A DNA stretch of 64,000 bases from Verrucomicrobiota bacterium (lineage in GTDB: Bacteria; Verrucomicrobiota; Verrucomicrobiia; Opitutales; Seribacteraceae): contig JAQBYT010000007.1 of NCBI GenBank assembly GCA_027622665.1, positions 64,001 through 128,000 of the forward strand, read 5' to 3'. Below, piece by piece: positions 62,987 to 64,000 of this stretch (positions are counted from its first letter, which is position 1; each line of letters begins with the position of its first letter). Below the pieces are notes generated by a model. That model worked only from the letters and a program-made list of their open reading frames with translations. It did not search any database and was not told the origin of the DNA. The position numbers and the translations under genes are program-made.

Positions 62987-63174
62987 GCAACCTCAAGTTC
63001 ACCCACTCGGCGAATACCCGGGATCGGCCCGTCGGAAAATTCCTTATGCAAGTCGATCAAGTGTTCCTTCAGATCATCCAAATCCTCGCCTTGCGTCCAG
63101 TGATCGGGATACTCGTTCAAGTGACCGAGCAATTTCCCATCCTCTTCAGTCCAGTAGGTGAAGTTAATCTTCAT
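62983..63174 (-). CDS. hicB: Short HicB family antitoxin without DNA-binding domain
   Basis: 63 aa, acidic. YW-x-x-x-DG...L-x-EYPD-x-WTQGE-x-L-x-x-L. Upstream of and coupled to hicA. Confidence 0.85.
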   Translation of the reverse strand: MKINFTYWTEEDGKLLGHLNEYPDHWTQGEDLDDLKEHLIDLHKEFSDGPIPGIRRVGELEVA

Positions 63175-63276
63175 TTAGAAAAAGATATTCCTGATTCGAG
63201 TTTCGTTCAAGTCACAAACTTCAAAAGCATGAAGTCCCAAACAAGTACACCCGTCTATGCTCTTTCGTCTTAATGC

Positions 63277-63462
63277 TGTCCCTGCGAGCCCGGCAGGGCG
63301 TGGCAATCAGGTCTCCTCACTCTCTTCTCATTGCGAGGAAGGTCTCGAAGAGAACTGAGGTGGCAATCCAGTCTGAGGCGTCATGCGGGAGGCCGGGGCG
63401 ATGCGGGGGTTGCCCGATGGTTCCGCTGGATTAGCCGCGTCGCTGTTCTCCTTGCAATGACA
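63277..63462. repeat. Third cluster of the palindromic family (two forward arms, one reverse arm)
   Basis: 63328-63410 is nearly identical to 62492-62575. 63396-63440 matches 30544-30589. Confidence 0.9.
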
Positions 63463-63562
63463 ACACAGGAGCTTGGAGCGTGAGCGAATCCGGCAATTGA
63501 GGTTCGATACCATTCGGTTGGCCTGCAGCTAGCCATTCTCCGGGACTCGGCAACTTCCAAGT

Positions 63563-64000
63563 TCAGTTAGCCGATTGAAATACAGCCTGAAGGGCTTCGC
63601 GAGAATTAGGGACGATTCGCCTGTTCAATTGGCCGGAGGAGTTCCTGCCCATGCCCCACAGGCTGCCGTCCGTCTTTCGGTAGAGACTGTGCTGGGAGCC
63701 GCCGGCAATCGCCGAGACGTTCGCGTCCACCACCTTGACTGGGGAAGTGCGGTTCGTCGTGGTTCCGTCTCCCAATTGACCCTCGAAGTTTCTTCCCATC
63801 ACCCAGAGGCTGCCGTCGGTCTTTCGGTAGAGACTGTGCTGACCGTCGCCGGCAATCGCCGAGACGTTCGCGTCCACCACCTTGACTGGGGAAGTACGGT
63901 TCGTCGTGTTATCGTCTCCCAGTTGACCCTCGTTATTTCTTCCCATCACCCACAGGCTGCCGTCCGTCTTCAATAAGAGGCTGTGGTAATATCCCGCGGC
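63563..64000 (-). CDS. 3' end of an RCC1-repeat protein, running off the window; C-terminus probably truncated
   Basis: 49-aa repeats HSL-x-x-KTDGSLWVMGRN-x-x-GQLG with a 147-bp period. The last repeat breaks off after GQL. Confidence 0.85.
   Translation of the reverse strand, partial: AAGYYHSLLLKTDGSLWVMGRNNEGQLGDDNTTNRTSPVKVVDANVSAIAGDGQHSLYRKTDGSLWVMGRNFEGQLGDGTTTNRTSPVKVVDANVSAIAGGSQHSLYRKTDGSLWGMGRNSSGQLNRRIVPNSREALQAVFQSAN

Noticed and set aside
63625..64000. DGR template/variable repeat pair
   Set aside because: Differences are not adenine-specific, the units are in-frame tandem RCC1 blades, and no reverse transcriptase is in the window.

Overview
64-kb bacterial chromosomal window, about 55% GC by eye. 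Gene content suggests a heterotrophic Verrucomicrobiota (Opitutales-like) genome; this is inference from the CotH/lamin-tail giant protein, the DUF1552/DUF1592 pair, the sulfatase, the GYF fusion and the short HemA. In order: (1) the 3' ~9.1 kb of a giant secreted CotH-kinase/LTD/LamG/Ig-repeat protein; (2) GYF-YjgN plus an M48 peptidase; (3) an envelope-lipid block with a ynbA/ynbB-like-acyltransferase-DedA operon, ydbH-ynbE-ydbL (YdbH carries a 306-bp internal duplication), lolC/E with an inserted domain, lolD, a GnnA-like dehydrogenase and lpxB; (4) core genes ccsA-hemA, sucCD, rsmG, kdsA, queF, aat, hisS, HU, an atypical ClpX paralog and ubiE/menG; (5) an accessory stretch at 44.9-48.4 kb made largely of fused gene fragments, followed by DUF1552/DUF1592(PA14); (6) TlpA, PhoX, oligopeptidase A, an SGNH hydrolase, eda and an OYE oxidoreductase; (7) a dense array of palindromic GTCATTGCGAG...GGCAATCCAG elements enclosing a hicBA toxin-antitoxin pair, then the 3' end of an RCC1-repeat gene. 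I found no rRNA, tRNA, CRISPR array, integrase or transposase. All family assignments come from motif recognition by eye, not database searches. Best candidates for follow-up: the palindrome-embedded hicBA cassette, the remodelled periplasmic lipid-transport block, the fragment mosaic and the ZBD-less ClpX with a duplicated C-terminal domain.
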